The notes beneath the pieces are model-generated. The model did not search any database. It saw only the letters and a list, made by a program, of their open reading frames with translations, and was not told the DNA's origin. 59,071 bases of DNA from a candidate division WOR-3 bacterium. Lineage in GTDB: Bacteria; Hydrothermota; Tepidihabitantia; Tepidihabitantales; Tepidihabitantaceae. The DNA is taken from assembly GCA_037441285.1 (NCBI GenBank), contig JBBISL010000011.1, positions 1 through 59,071 of the forward strand. Reading direction: 5' to 3'. The translations under genes were made by a program, and so were the position numbers. Positions 17,736 through 26,522 of the stretch are shown here, piece after piece; within the stretch, counting starts at the first letter, position 1; each line of letters starts with the position of its first letter.

Positions 17736-18977
17736 TTGATGTCGGAAGGCAAAAAAAACTCCACCATCACCTGGACCGCAACCTTTGCCGCGTTCAAATA
17801 TCGCAACTACCGGCTCTACTGGCTGGGCAATATGGTGTCGTTTATCGGCACCTGGATGCAGAACACCGCCAAAGGCTGGCTTGTCCTTTCCATCACCAAC
17901 TCGCCATTCTTTGTCGGGCTCGACTCAACCCTGTCCTGGCTTGCGGTCTGGTTTATTTCCCTGCCCGCGGGTGTCCTTGCCGACCGGTTCAACAAGCGCA
18001 ACCTGATGATTATCACCCAGTCCGGCCTTGCCCTGTTTGCCCTGCTCCTTGCCCTCCTGACCTGGCTCCAAATCATCACCATCACTCACATCCTGCTCAT
18101 ATCCGGTTTTGCCGGCATCTTTGTTGCACTCAACGCACCGGTTGCGCAAACGCTGGTCCCGGACCTGGTCGAAAGGAAAGATGTCCTTAACGCCATCGCC
18201 CTCAATTCTTCAATGTTCAACCTTGCCCGGTTGATTGGTCCGGCACTCGCCGGCTCAATATTGACCTTCAGCGGTCCTGCGGTCTGCTTTGGGCTCAACG
18301 CGGTCAGTTTCCTCGCCATCATCGTCGCCCTGTTCTTCATTAAACTCAACACCCAACCTCCGCCTAAATCTAACGAGCCTTTTCTCCGCCGCGTCGGTTC
18401 TGGATTAAAATTCGTAAAATCCCACCCCGACATCCGGCTTTTAATGATAATGACCGGCATCTTCTCCTCATTTGGCATCTGTTACATACCTTTAATGCCC
18501 GTTATCGCCCGGGATGTGCTCAATCTCGGTGCCCGGGGTTATGGCTTTTTGATGTCGGCGCTTGGTGCCGGTGCCTTGACCGGCGGTCTTACCCTTGCAA
18601 CATTAAGTCGCACCCCGCACCGGGGAAAAATTCTCATCACCGGCACCTGCCTCTTGAGCCTCCTACTTATCATCCTCTCTTTTGTCCGCAACACCGGTCT
18701 CGCCCTGGTTCTGTTTGTCTTCATCGGTTTCTGCCAGACCAGCGTCGCCGCCCTCACTAACACCCTTATTCAAACCCTCTCGCCCGATTATATCCGGGGC
18801 CGAGCAATGAGCGTATTCAACATCTTTTTCAACGGTATGTTTCCGGTTGGCAGTTTAATTGCCGGTGCCCTGGCTCAGGCAAAAGGTGCGCCCTTTGCCC
18901 TGCTTGTCAGCGGAGTTTTGGTCCTCACCACCCTGTTGATAGTAACCGCAATCCGACCCCAGTTACACCGGCTGTAA
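17736..18977 (+). CDS. MFS transporter (MFS_3/DUF894-like)
   Basis: RNYRLYW.G..VS.IGTWMQ, GVLADRFNKR, AIALNS..FNLARLIGPA and RGRAMS. Confidence 0.92.
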   Translation: MMSEGKKNSTITWTATFAAFKYRNYRLYWLGNMVSFIGTWMQNTAKGWLVLSITNSPFFVGLDSTLSWLAVWFISLPAGVLADRFNKRNLMIITQSGLALFALLLALLTWLQIITITHILLISGFAGIFVALNAPVAQTLVPDLVERKDVLNAIALNSSMFNLARLIGPALAGSILTFSGPAVCFGLNAVSFLAIIVALFFIKLNTQPPPKSNEPFLRRVGSGLKFVKSHPDIRLLMIMTGIFSSFGICYIPLMPVIARDVLNLGARGYGFLMSALGAGALTGGLTLATLSRTPHRGKILITGTCLLSLLLIILSFVRNTGLALVLFVFIGFCQTSVAALTNTLIQTLSPDYIRGRAMSVFNIFFNGMFPVGSLIAGALAQAKGAPFALLVSGVLVLTTLLIVTAIRPQLHRL

Positions 18978-18979
18978 AA

Positions 18980-19744
18980 TTACCGAACAACCACAAACCT
19001 GTTCACCCGGGAGCGGCTCTCAATAAAGTAGACCCCGGGACTCAACCGCCTCAGGTCATTACTCCCGGACCCGAGTTTCATCACCCGTCGGCCGGTTGCG
19101 TCTACCAGTTGCCCTTCGGTCCCGCCCCTTGAAGGTAAAAACTGGCTGATTTTCACCACCGTAGCCCCCGGCTCTAACTCATTAAACTGGTCGCTTAACA
19201 ACTCGGTCACGCCAGTCCCATAACGCACCTTTGCTCGAATCAGATGGTCCGCCGCATCCATTCCCATCGGTGTCACCCAACCCATATCCGGGAAAAACCA
19301 CCACTGCCGGGAGATGGAATCAAAATGGTCATCAGTTGAAAATTGCATATCCCAAACATTCTTTTGCCACCAGACAATGTAAAAGTCACCGGAATCAACC
19401 ACTAACGGTTGCGTCAGGTCGTAGTCCCGAAACCCCGGGGTTCGCGCCGGCGGCACATCGAGCCGCAGTTCATTATAAAGAATCGTTCCCGGTTTGCGGT
19501 CAGGACCATCGTCGTCGTAAATCCGGAGATAAATCTCTCGGCCACCGCTGTAGTTGATTTCGGCTCGGGACCCGATAACCTCACAGGGATACTGGGCAGG
19601 TGTAAAACGCACCGCTGCCCCGAACGAATCCCGGTCCGAACACCACCAGGTGGTGCTGATGCCGCTATCGTAAAAGATTATCGTATCCTCCTGCGCCTGA
19701 ACCACGACTGGAACCAGGGCTAAAATTAGAACTGTCAACCGCAA
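18980..19744 (-). CDS. Secreted protein with a T9SS-like CTD
   Basis: AGGAGGT SD; signal peptide; C-terminal DATGRRV...LSPGVYF. Confidence 0.75.
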   Translation of the reverse strand: MRLTVLILALVPVVVQAQEDTIIFYDSGISTTWWCSDRDSFGAAVRFTPAQYPCEVIGSRAEINYSGGREIYLRIYDDDGPDRKPGTILYNELRLDVPPARTPGFRDYDLTQPLVVDSGDFYIVWWQKNVWDMQFSTDDHFDSISRQWWFFPDMGWVTPMGMDAADHLIRAKVRYGTGVTELLSDQFNELEPGATVVKISQFLPSRGGTEGQLVDATGRRVMKLGSGSNDLRRLSPGVYFIESRSRVNRFVVVR

Positions 19745-19801
19745 AGGTCACCTCCTGTTTGGGCAATTATATCTCTTCCCATCGCCCGTCAAACCCCTTC
19801 C

Positions 19802-21730
19802 TCAACGCAACTGATGCAGCGCCTGACGCGCCTTCTCATACTTCGGGTCAAGCGTCAGAACCTTCTGCCACAGAATGTGCGCCGAGTCAACCTTACCTTC
19901 ATAGTAATAAGTCAAACCCAGAGAAAACAGCGCCGTCGTGAATGCCGGGTTCAAACTCAGCGCTCGCAGGTACAAACCCTTTGCCTCCCCAAACCGGTGT
20001 TGCACCAGTGCAATATTACCGAGATTGTTCCACCCTTCCACCCCATAAGGGTCCAGTTCCACCACCCGGCGAAACATCATCTCGGCCGAATCAAGTTCAC
20101 CGGCCTGGGCAAACATATTACCCGCTACTCCATACGCATCCGGTTCGTCCGGATAAAGTTGCACCGCTCTTTTTGCCAGAAGCCGCGCCTGTTCCAATCT
20201 GCCCTCATCAAGATAAATCGTTGTTGCCAGACCAACGATGTTTACTGCTGAATCAATCTTGAGCGCCTGCTCGATTTCCATTTTTGCCCTTTTTAGTTTT
20301 CCGCTCTCATAGTAACCGAGCGCTGCAGTAAAGTGATTCTGCGCCCGGTCCGCCTTCCTTCCGGCACCGGCAATGTCAAGGTTAAAAAAGAGTAAGGTAA
20401 TCAGAAAAATCAAACCGGCTCGCACCCGTTCGCTCCCTTTGACCCGATGCCAGTGCATAAATCCGGCAACCGCAACTAAGAGATAAAACGGCACCAGCGG
20501 CAACCGGTAACGCGCGGTGATAAAAAACGGCACAAAGGAGAAGCCGTATACTATGACAAACAGATAAACCGGCAGCAATGTCCGCCACTTCTCCCGGCTC
20601 AGGTAAAAACCGGCAAGGGCAAGAGGCAAAACCAGTCCGAAAGGAAACTTGAAAAAGGGCAGGGAGAAAACGAGAAAATTCAAAAAACTGTACCGCTTGA
20701 AAAAGTAGATGTCCCGGTTGTTGGAAACCTCATAGCCGGCAAACAGCAGGTAAATCTTTTTCAGGGTCAAAATCAGCGCCCGGCCCGGACTGTGCTTCCA
20801 GAACTCCAGCCCCTTTGCCATCCAATACCGGTCAATCTCCGCTCCTTTCAAACTTCGGCCCCGTGCCCGTTCCGCACCCACCTTCACATCGTTGTAACCA
20901 CCCCACCAGGAACCCCGTGTGCCCGGCACAATCGCCGTGGTCCCATCCGAGTACTGGTTGTTCCCGATGTAAAAATTCGTCCCTGCCTGCCAGGCAATTA
21001 AAACCAGTTTGCCGCTCTTTACAAAGTTGCGGACCGTCACCGGCACAATCGGCAAGAGTGCCGCCAGGAAAAACGGCACAACCCGGCGCCACCAGCCCGT
21101 TCGAAACCGCCCGATAAACCAGAAAAAAAGGGCAACTAAAAAAGTTAGTATATTGGGTCGGGCAAGCGCTGCCAGCCCGAAGATAAACCCGGGTAGATAC
21201 CAGTGCCGGTCCAACTTTTCGCTGAGAAAGAAGGCAAGAAAACCGGCAAGGATAAGAAAAATCAAAAGAACCGGTATCAACAACTCACCATCAAAATAGA
21301 TAAACAAAGGATAAACCGCCATCAGCAAGCCTGCCACCAGACCTGTCCGCCGGTCAAACAATCGCTTTCCCAGAAGAAACAATAGACCACAACTCACCGC
21401 ACCCAGAACCGCCTGCACGAGCCGGACAACAAAAAAATCAACCCCGAAAATCCTGTACAGCAGGGCAAGGAAAAATGGGTAGAGCGGCGCCCGGAAATAG
21501 GCATCGGCGATAAACTCAGTTCGGCCGACAATCGCCTGTGCCCACTGATGATGATAAAGCGCATCCATCTGGGGAGCAAAGAACAAAGGGTCGTTTGCCT
21601 TCGCCTGAAAAAGGTAAATAACCCGCAAACCTATTGCCACCCCGAACACTAAAAGAAAACCGGGCAGCACACCTTTATCTAAGGGTCGCGCTACCCGATG
21701 CTCCGTCATCACTTTTTTCTTGCGTGTCAC
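19802..21730 (-). CDS. GT-C (PMT/ArnT-like) membrane glycosyltransferase with C-terminal TPRs
   Basis: DALYH..WA, FRAPLYP, many TM helices, NFYIGNN, RYRLP, then TPR repeats. Confidence 0.85.
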   Translation of the reverse strand: MTRKKKVMTEHRVARPLDKGVLPGFLLVFGVAIGLRVIYLFQAKANDPLFFAPQMDALYHHQWAQAIVGRTEFIADAYFRAPLYPFFLALLYRIFGVDFFVVRLVQAVLGAVSCGLLFLLGKRLFDRRTGLVAGLLMAVYPLFIYFDGELLIPVLLIFLILAGFLAFFLSEKLDRHWYLPGFIFGLAALARPNILTFLVALFFWFIGRFRTGWWRRVVPFFLAALLPIVPVTVRNFVKSGKLVLIAWQAGTNFYIGNNQYSDGTTAIVPGTRGSWWGGYNDVKVGAERARGRSLKGAEIDRYWMAKGLEFWKHSPGRALILTLKKIYLLFAGYEVSNNRDIYFFKRYSFLNFLVFSLPFFKFPFGLVLPLALAGFYLSREKWRTLLPVYLFVIVYGFSFVPFFITARYRLPLVPFYLLVAVAGFMHWHRVKGSERVRAGLIFLITLLFFNLDIAGAGRKADRAQNHFTAALGYYESGKLKRAKMEIEQALKIDSAVNIVGLATTIYLDEGRLEQARLLAKRAVQLYPDEPDAYGVAGNMFAQAGELDSAEMMFRRVVELDPYGVEGWNNLGNIALVQHRFGEAKGLYLRALSLNPAFTTALFSLGLTYYYEGKVDSAHILWQKVLTLDPKYEKARQALHQLR

Positions 21731-21977
21731 CGGTTTTGAGTATTACCATTAACCGCCTGTTGTCAAGCACAAAACCGTACCTTCACCCTTTTTCTCCCCT
21801 TCTTCCCATCATTTAGACCCAAAAAGAAAGCTGAATTAACGCCTGAACTCACCTTTTTATCAGGACCACCATCGTAACCTATCTTTTTACAAACAGTTGG
21901 CAACAATAAAAAATTTCCTGTTCTCGGTTTTAGGGCAGACCCCTCCCCCTCCTCGGAACTGTTCCCGGTATCCCCCC

Positions 21978-22005
21978 TTGATTTCCCTTTGCGGTGTTTT
22001 ATAAT
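21978..22005 (+). promoter_or_regulatory. sigma70-type promoter (TTGATT-N16-TATAAT), leaderless yggS
   Basis: The -10 ends 6 nt before ATG 22012; no SD. Confidence 0.65.
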
Positions 22006-22011
22006 CTGCCG

Positions 22012-22698
22012 ATGAGCATCGCTGAAAACCTGAAACAGCTCACCCAGCGCATTGAAGCCGCCTGTGCCCGCTCTTGCCGTGACCCCAAAGAGATAACCAT
22101 CGTCGCGGTAACCAAAACAAAACCGGTTGAACAGATTGTCGAGGCGATTGCAGCCGGCATCACCCATTTCGGTGAAAATCGGGTTCAGGAAGCGGCCGCC
22201 AAAATCCCCTTAATCAAAGCACCGGTCACCTGGCATCTTGTCGGCACCCTCCAAACTAACAAAGTGAAAAAAGCGCTGGAACTGTTCCACATTATTGAAA
22301 GCGTTGAGTCTCTGCATCTGGCGCAGGAACTGGCGCGCCGTGCTGAACAGTTAAACAAAACCGTCCCGGTTCTGATTGAAGTGAACACCTCCCGGGAACC
22401 GACCAAACACGGCGTCTTACCCGCCAACCTGTTTGACCTGCTCGCCGCCGTCTTAAAACTACCCCGACTTAAACTCGAAGGTCTGATGACAATTGGCCCG
22501 GGCTGGGCTGTTACCGACCCGGAGGCATCAAGACCCTGTTTTGAACTCCTTGCCCGTTTGCGTCAGGAGGCACAGCAAAAGTTCGGCATCGCCCTGCCCC
22601 ATCTGTCAATGGGAATGAGTTCCGACTTTGAGGTTGGGATTGAAGCCGGTGCCACGCTCATCCGCATCGGCACCGCCTTGTTCGGACCCCGGGGCTGA
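22012..22698 (+). CDS. yggS: PLP homeostasis protein
   Basis: VAVTK, FGENRVQE, WHLVGTLQTNK, LSMGMSSDF and RIGTALFG. Confidence 0.96.
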   Translation: MSIAENLKQLTQRIEAACARSCRDPKEITIVAVTKTKPVEQIVEAIAAGITHFGENRVQEAAAKIPLIKAPVTWHLVGTLQTNKVKKALELFHIIESVESLHLAQELARRAEQLNKTVPVLIEVNTSREPTKHGVLPANLFDLLAAVLKLPRLKLEGLMTIGPGWAVTDPEASRPCFELLARLRQEAQQKFGIALPHLSMGMSSDFEVGIEAGATLIRIGTALFGPRG

Positions 22699-22699
22699 T

Positions 22700-23068
22700 T
22701 TGGACCAGGAGCAGTTTTTCCTTCTGGTTGAAGATGTTGTCCGCAACCTCCCGGAATTCTTCCGCAACCGTATCCACAACTTGAATGTGATGGTGATGCC
22801 CCTGGCACCATTCGAACTGGCAGAAAATCTCGGCAAAGACCCCAGAACAATTCTTGGTGTATATCAAGGGGTGCCGTTCAACCGCCGGGGACCATTCTAC
22901 GGCAATGTTTTGCCCGACACCATCGTCATCTTTCAGCAGCCGATTGAAGCCCGATGCCAGACTGAACAGGAAATCCGGGACCTGGTGCGCCGGATTACGA
23001 TTCACGAAATTGGCCACTACTTCGGCTTATCCGACGAACAACTGTATCGCCTGGAACAGGAAAAATAA
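22700..23068 (+). CDS. Zincin-like metallopeptidase (Zincin_1 type)
   Basis: LGVYQGVP, PDTIVIFQ and HEIGHYFGLSDE; TTG start right after the yggS stop. Confidence 0.88.
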   Translation: MDQEQFFLLVEDVVRNLPEFFRNRIHNLNVMVMPLAPFELAENLGKDPRTILGVYQGVPFNRRGPFYGNVLPDTIVIFQQPIEARCQTEQEIRDLVRRITIHEIGHYFGLSDEQLYRLEQEK

Positions 23069-23093
23069 AAGGGGGTCAATATTGACCCCCTTT
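23067..23093. terminator. Bidirectional intrinsic terminator
   Basis: AAAAGGGGGTCAATATTGACCCCCTTT between convergent genes. Confidence 0.8.
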
Positions 23094-23110
23094 AAAAGCG
23101 ACTTTACCCT

Positions 23111-24829
23111 TTATCGGTTGACGGTCAGTTTGTGCGTTGTAGAACCAGCCGGGCTCTCCAGTCGCACCAGATACACCCCTGCTGCCAGCGACTTCAGGTC
23201 AACCGCAACTCTGCCGGACCGGGCTTCATCCGCCTGATACAGGTTGCGCACCAGTCGGCCCGTGGCATCGTACAGGGCAAGTTGGACCCGAGCGGGCTTC
23301 GGCACCTGCCAGCGGATTTCCACCTGGTCGGTTGCCGGATTTGTGAACACGAGGCGGGCGTTGCGCAGATTCGGGTTAAACCCTTCCTCAACACCAACGC
23401 CACCCTGCACCGAAGCCGAGATGAAAAGTTCGCCATTGGTCCAGGGAATCCAGCCACCCGGAGCACCGTAATAACTCCGGTTGTTGCTGGTGTCGTCGGC
23501 AAGGCTTGTGGGATGACCTGAAGAGTGTGCTGGAGCCACCGCCACATAGAACTCGCCCGATGTGAAGATTAAAAGCGAGTCCAGGTCATAGGAAATCACT
23601 CTTCCTGGTGCACCCGGCGGTGCCTCAAGGTCTTCTGACTCATAAAGCAGGGTCGCACCATCCTCCCCATAGATTTTGAACCGGAAGGTGGAATCAGGCC
23701 AGGGGTAACTGGGATGGAGATAGAACTGGGTCCGAACCCTGCCCAAGCCAACCGGATACTGAACACCGAAGTCCGCCGGATTGAACTTCGTTGCTCGTTC
23801 TGGGCCTCCCCAGGTAATCCAGTAGGGGTTGTTGAAGTTCGCATACTCAATCCAGCGGGCAACGCTCAGGTCGTACATTATCGTATCGTCTGCCGGATAC
23901 TGCTCGCCCGTCGCCTCAGTCCACACCTTAATCTGATAGTTACCGGTCACATTGGGGATGTGCCAAGCCGGGGAGAAGTTCATCTGCGCGGTCTGGCCCC
24001 GCTGCAGGGCAGCGCTGGTCGTCATCGTATCCTCGTAGGTGTAACTCTGCGGACCGGTAATTTGCAGTCGCACCGGCGTGCCTAATTGTAGCGGGTCGGT
24101 TCCTAAGTTCTTGATTGTCGCGCGAATTGTCAGGTTAATATTCGGCACCGTATCCATTGGCATATTGGTGGCAAACCAGAGTGCCGCCGCATCGGTTGTT
24201 GGTGGGTCCCACTCCACTACCGAACGAATCAACCACTCACCCCTTCGGGCGTCTTCGCTGAAAGCGCCACCCAGCAAACTCCACATCCGGTGCGAAGGTG
24301 CGTTGTTCGCCGCATCAATTGAGAGTCCCGGACAGATGGGATAGGAGTCAACCTGAACATAGAAGATGTAGTAGTTCGTACCGACAATCGGCTCACCAAT
24401 CGGAACGTAGTTCCACTGACCCCGGGTGATGTTCAGGGTATCGGAATGCCAGATTTCGGTTCCAGGTGAACCGCCTGGACCATCATCGGCATAAACCTTG
24501 ACCATCGCCCGTGTGCCACCCGGATTCGGCCAGCCCGAATAGAAGTGAATCAGCGCACCACTAAGGGTGAAACTACTCGCCGGGCTGATAAACTTCACAC
24601 CCCAGCCATTGCCGCCCTGATTCCAGGCCCAGGCGCTCGCCGGCATATTGTCGTCGTACTTGAATGTATCGGTAACCGAGAGGAAAACCTCAGGTGCCGG
24701 CGGAAAGATTCCGGGCTCAGGCTCAGGAATCGTGTAATGATGGGTTGGTGTTGGGCTCAGCCAGCGCTCGCCACTGGCGAACGCCAGTCCAATACCCAGT
24801 ACCAGACATACTAACGCTACTTTACGCAT
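23111..24829 (-). CDS. Secreted multidomain protein with a CARDB-like domain and T9SS-like CTD
   Basis: AAGGAG SD before ATG 24829; signal peptide; C-terminal LYDATGRLV...LAAGVYLVRL. Confidence 0.8.
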   Translation of the reverse strand: MRKVALVCLVLGIGLAFASGERWLSPTPTHHYTIPEPEPGIFPPAPEVFLSVTDTFKYDDNMPASAWAWNQGGNGWGVKFISPASSFTLSGALIHFYSGWPNPGGTRAMVKVYADDGPGGSPGTEIWHSDTLNITRGQWNYVPIGEPIVGTNYYIFYVQVDSYPICPGLSIDAANNAPSHRMWSLLGGAFSEDARRGEWLIRSVVEWDPPTTDAAALWFATNMPMDTVPNINLTIRATIKNLGTDPLQLGTPVRLQITGPQSYTYEDTMTTSAALQRGQTAQMNFSPAWHIPNVTGNYQIKVWTEATGEQYPADDTIMYDLSVARWIEYANFNNPYWITWGGPERATKFNPADFGVQYPVGLGRVRTQFYLHPSYPWPDSTFRFKIYGEDGATLLYESEDLEAPPGAPGRVISYDLDSLLIFTSGEFYVAVAPAHSSGHPTSLADDTSNNRSYYGAPGGWIPWTNGELFISASVQGGVGVEEGFNPNLRNARLVFTNPATDQVEIRWQVPKPARVQLALYDATGRLVRNLYQADEARSGRVAVDLKSLAAGVYLVRLESPAGSTTHKLTVNR

Positions 24830-24970
24830 CAGGACTCCTTTCGTTAACTTTAACACATTCTTCTTAACACCGGCAAACTGCCGGCTTAAAAGCATAACGC
24901 GACCACCGTTAAAAGTCAAGGATTTATTGCGTTATTGACTCCGGAGTTGGAACGGTTAATATAACAATCT

Positions 24971-25084
24971 GTGAACGGACCGTTTAACTGCCCCTGGCTT
25001 ACATTTGGGGCGGTCTTTGTTGCGCTCGGCAGCATCGTTGCCGCAACTGTCTGGGCGATTTTCACCCGTCTGGAGGATGAGTAA
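24971..25084 (+). CDS. Small single-TM accessory protein of a sodium:solute symporter (37 aa)
   Basis: Manual translation (M)NGPFNCPWLTFGAVFVALGSIVAATVWAIFTRLEDE; its stop abuts the symporter ATG; promoter TTGACT-N16-TAATAT at 24935-24962. Confidence 0.6.
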   Translation: MNGPFNCPWLTFGAVFVALGSIVAATVWAIFTRLEDE

Positions 25085-26503
25085 ATGAGCCCGACGCTCA
25101 TCTACGCCCTGATTTTATTCCTTTATCTCGCAACCCTTTTTGTGATTGGCGTCCTCACCAGCGCCCGGATGAAACGCTCGGCAGAAGGGTTTTATCTCGG
25201 CTCCCGCTCACTTGGACCCTGGGTCACCGCTTTCTCCTTTGTCGCCGCCTACTTCTCCTCAGTTGTCATTATCGGCGGTGGTGGTTTCGGTTACAAATAC
25301 GGAATGGGAACGCTCTGGATTGGTGCCACCAATGTCCTCGTCGGCACCTTACTCGCCTGGATTGTCCTCGGTAAGCGGACCCGCACCCTGACCGCCAAAC
25401 TCCACGCCCTCACCCTGCCTGACCTCATCGGTAAAAGGTACCAATCACCCGAAGCGAAACTGTTTGCCGCCTTAATCATTGGACTATTCCTAACCGTTTA
25501 CAGCGTCTCAGTACTTCAGGGAATGGGACACTCCTTCTCGGTTCTGATGGATTTGCCCTACATTTACGGACTATTGATTTCCGGCGTTGTCATCATCGTC
25601 TATGTCGCACTGGGCGGTTACCTTGCTGTCGTCTGGACCGGATTCTTTCAAGCCTGGGTGATGATTATCGCCCTCCTACTACTTACTGTTGCCTCAATAG
25701 TCCGCGCCGGCGGCCTTAACCAGCTGTTTACCCGCCTGAGCGCAATTGAGGGCGGCAGGTTTGTCCAGACCCCGGGCAATTGGAGCTGGTCAGGACTGCT
25801 CTCTTATGCGGCGATTGTCAGTTTTGGCGTCTGGGGAATGCCGCAACTGGTCAGCCGGTTCTACTCCATCAAGACGGTTCGGGTTTTGAAACTGGGAACG
25901 GTTCTGGCAACCGCCGGTGCGGCAATGGCGCTTCTGCCCTATTTCAACGGTGCCGCGGCACGGCTGTTCTTTCCCAGCCTTGCCAACCCGGACCAGGCAA
26001 TCCCGCACCTCGTGAAAACCTCACTACCCACCGCTGCCAGTGCTGTCTTCCTTACCGGTGTTGTTGCCGCCGGAATGTCAACATTTGCTGCCGTCCTCAT
26101 CACCGCCGCCAGCGCGATTGTCAAGGACCTGCTGCGCGACAGTTTCCATACTCGCATTACCCCGGAAAAAGAGGTCACTATCTCCCGGCTGGTCGCCGCT
26201 GGCATCGGGACCATCGCCTTTATCATCGCCATCAAACCGCCGGCAATGATTCTCGTCATCACCGGTTTTTCCTGGGCGGTAATTGCTGCCACAACCCTCT
26301 GGCCCTACCTTTTCGGGCTCTACTGGCAAAGACCGAGCCGGGTTGCCGCTTTTACCTCAATGCTTGCCGGTAGCAGCACCGCCTTAATCTGGATGGCATT
26401 AAAAAACCCGGGCCGCATCCACGGCTTTATTCCGGGAATTCTGGTCAGCCTCATCGTATTTGTGCTGATGGCGCTGATATTCCCGGCACGCCACAAACAT
26501 TGA
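25085..26503 (+). CDS. Sodium:solute symporter (PutP/PanF-like)
   Basis: FYLGSRSLGPWV, YVALGGYLAVVWT, GMPQLVSRF and AAGMST. Confidence 0.92.
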   Translation: MSPTLIYALILFLYLATLFVIGVLTSARMKRSAEGFYLGSRSLGPWVTAFSFVAAYFSSVVIIGGGGFGYKYGMGTLWIGATNVLVGTLLAWIVLGKRTRTLTAKLHALTLPDLIGKRYQSPEAKLFAALIIGLFLTVYSVSVLQGMGHSFSVLMDLPYIYGLLISGVVIIVYVALGGYLAVVWTGFFQAWVMIIALLLLTVASIVRAGGLNQLFTRLSAIEGGRFVQTPGNWSWSGLLSYAAIVSFGVWGMPQLVSRFYSIKTVRVLKLGTVLATAGAAMALLPYFNGAAARLFFPSLANPDQAIPHLVKTSLPTAASAVFLTGVVAAGMSTFAAVLITAASAIVKDLLRDSFHTRITPEKEVTISRLVAAGIGTIAFIIAIKPPAMILVITGFSWAVIAATTLWPYLFGLYWQRPSRVAAFTSMLAGSSTALIWMALKNPGRIHGFIPGILVSLIVFVLMALIFPARHKH

Positions 26504-26522
26504 AAACAAAAAGGAGATAAAA

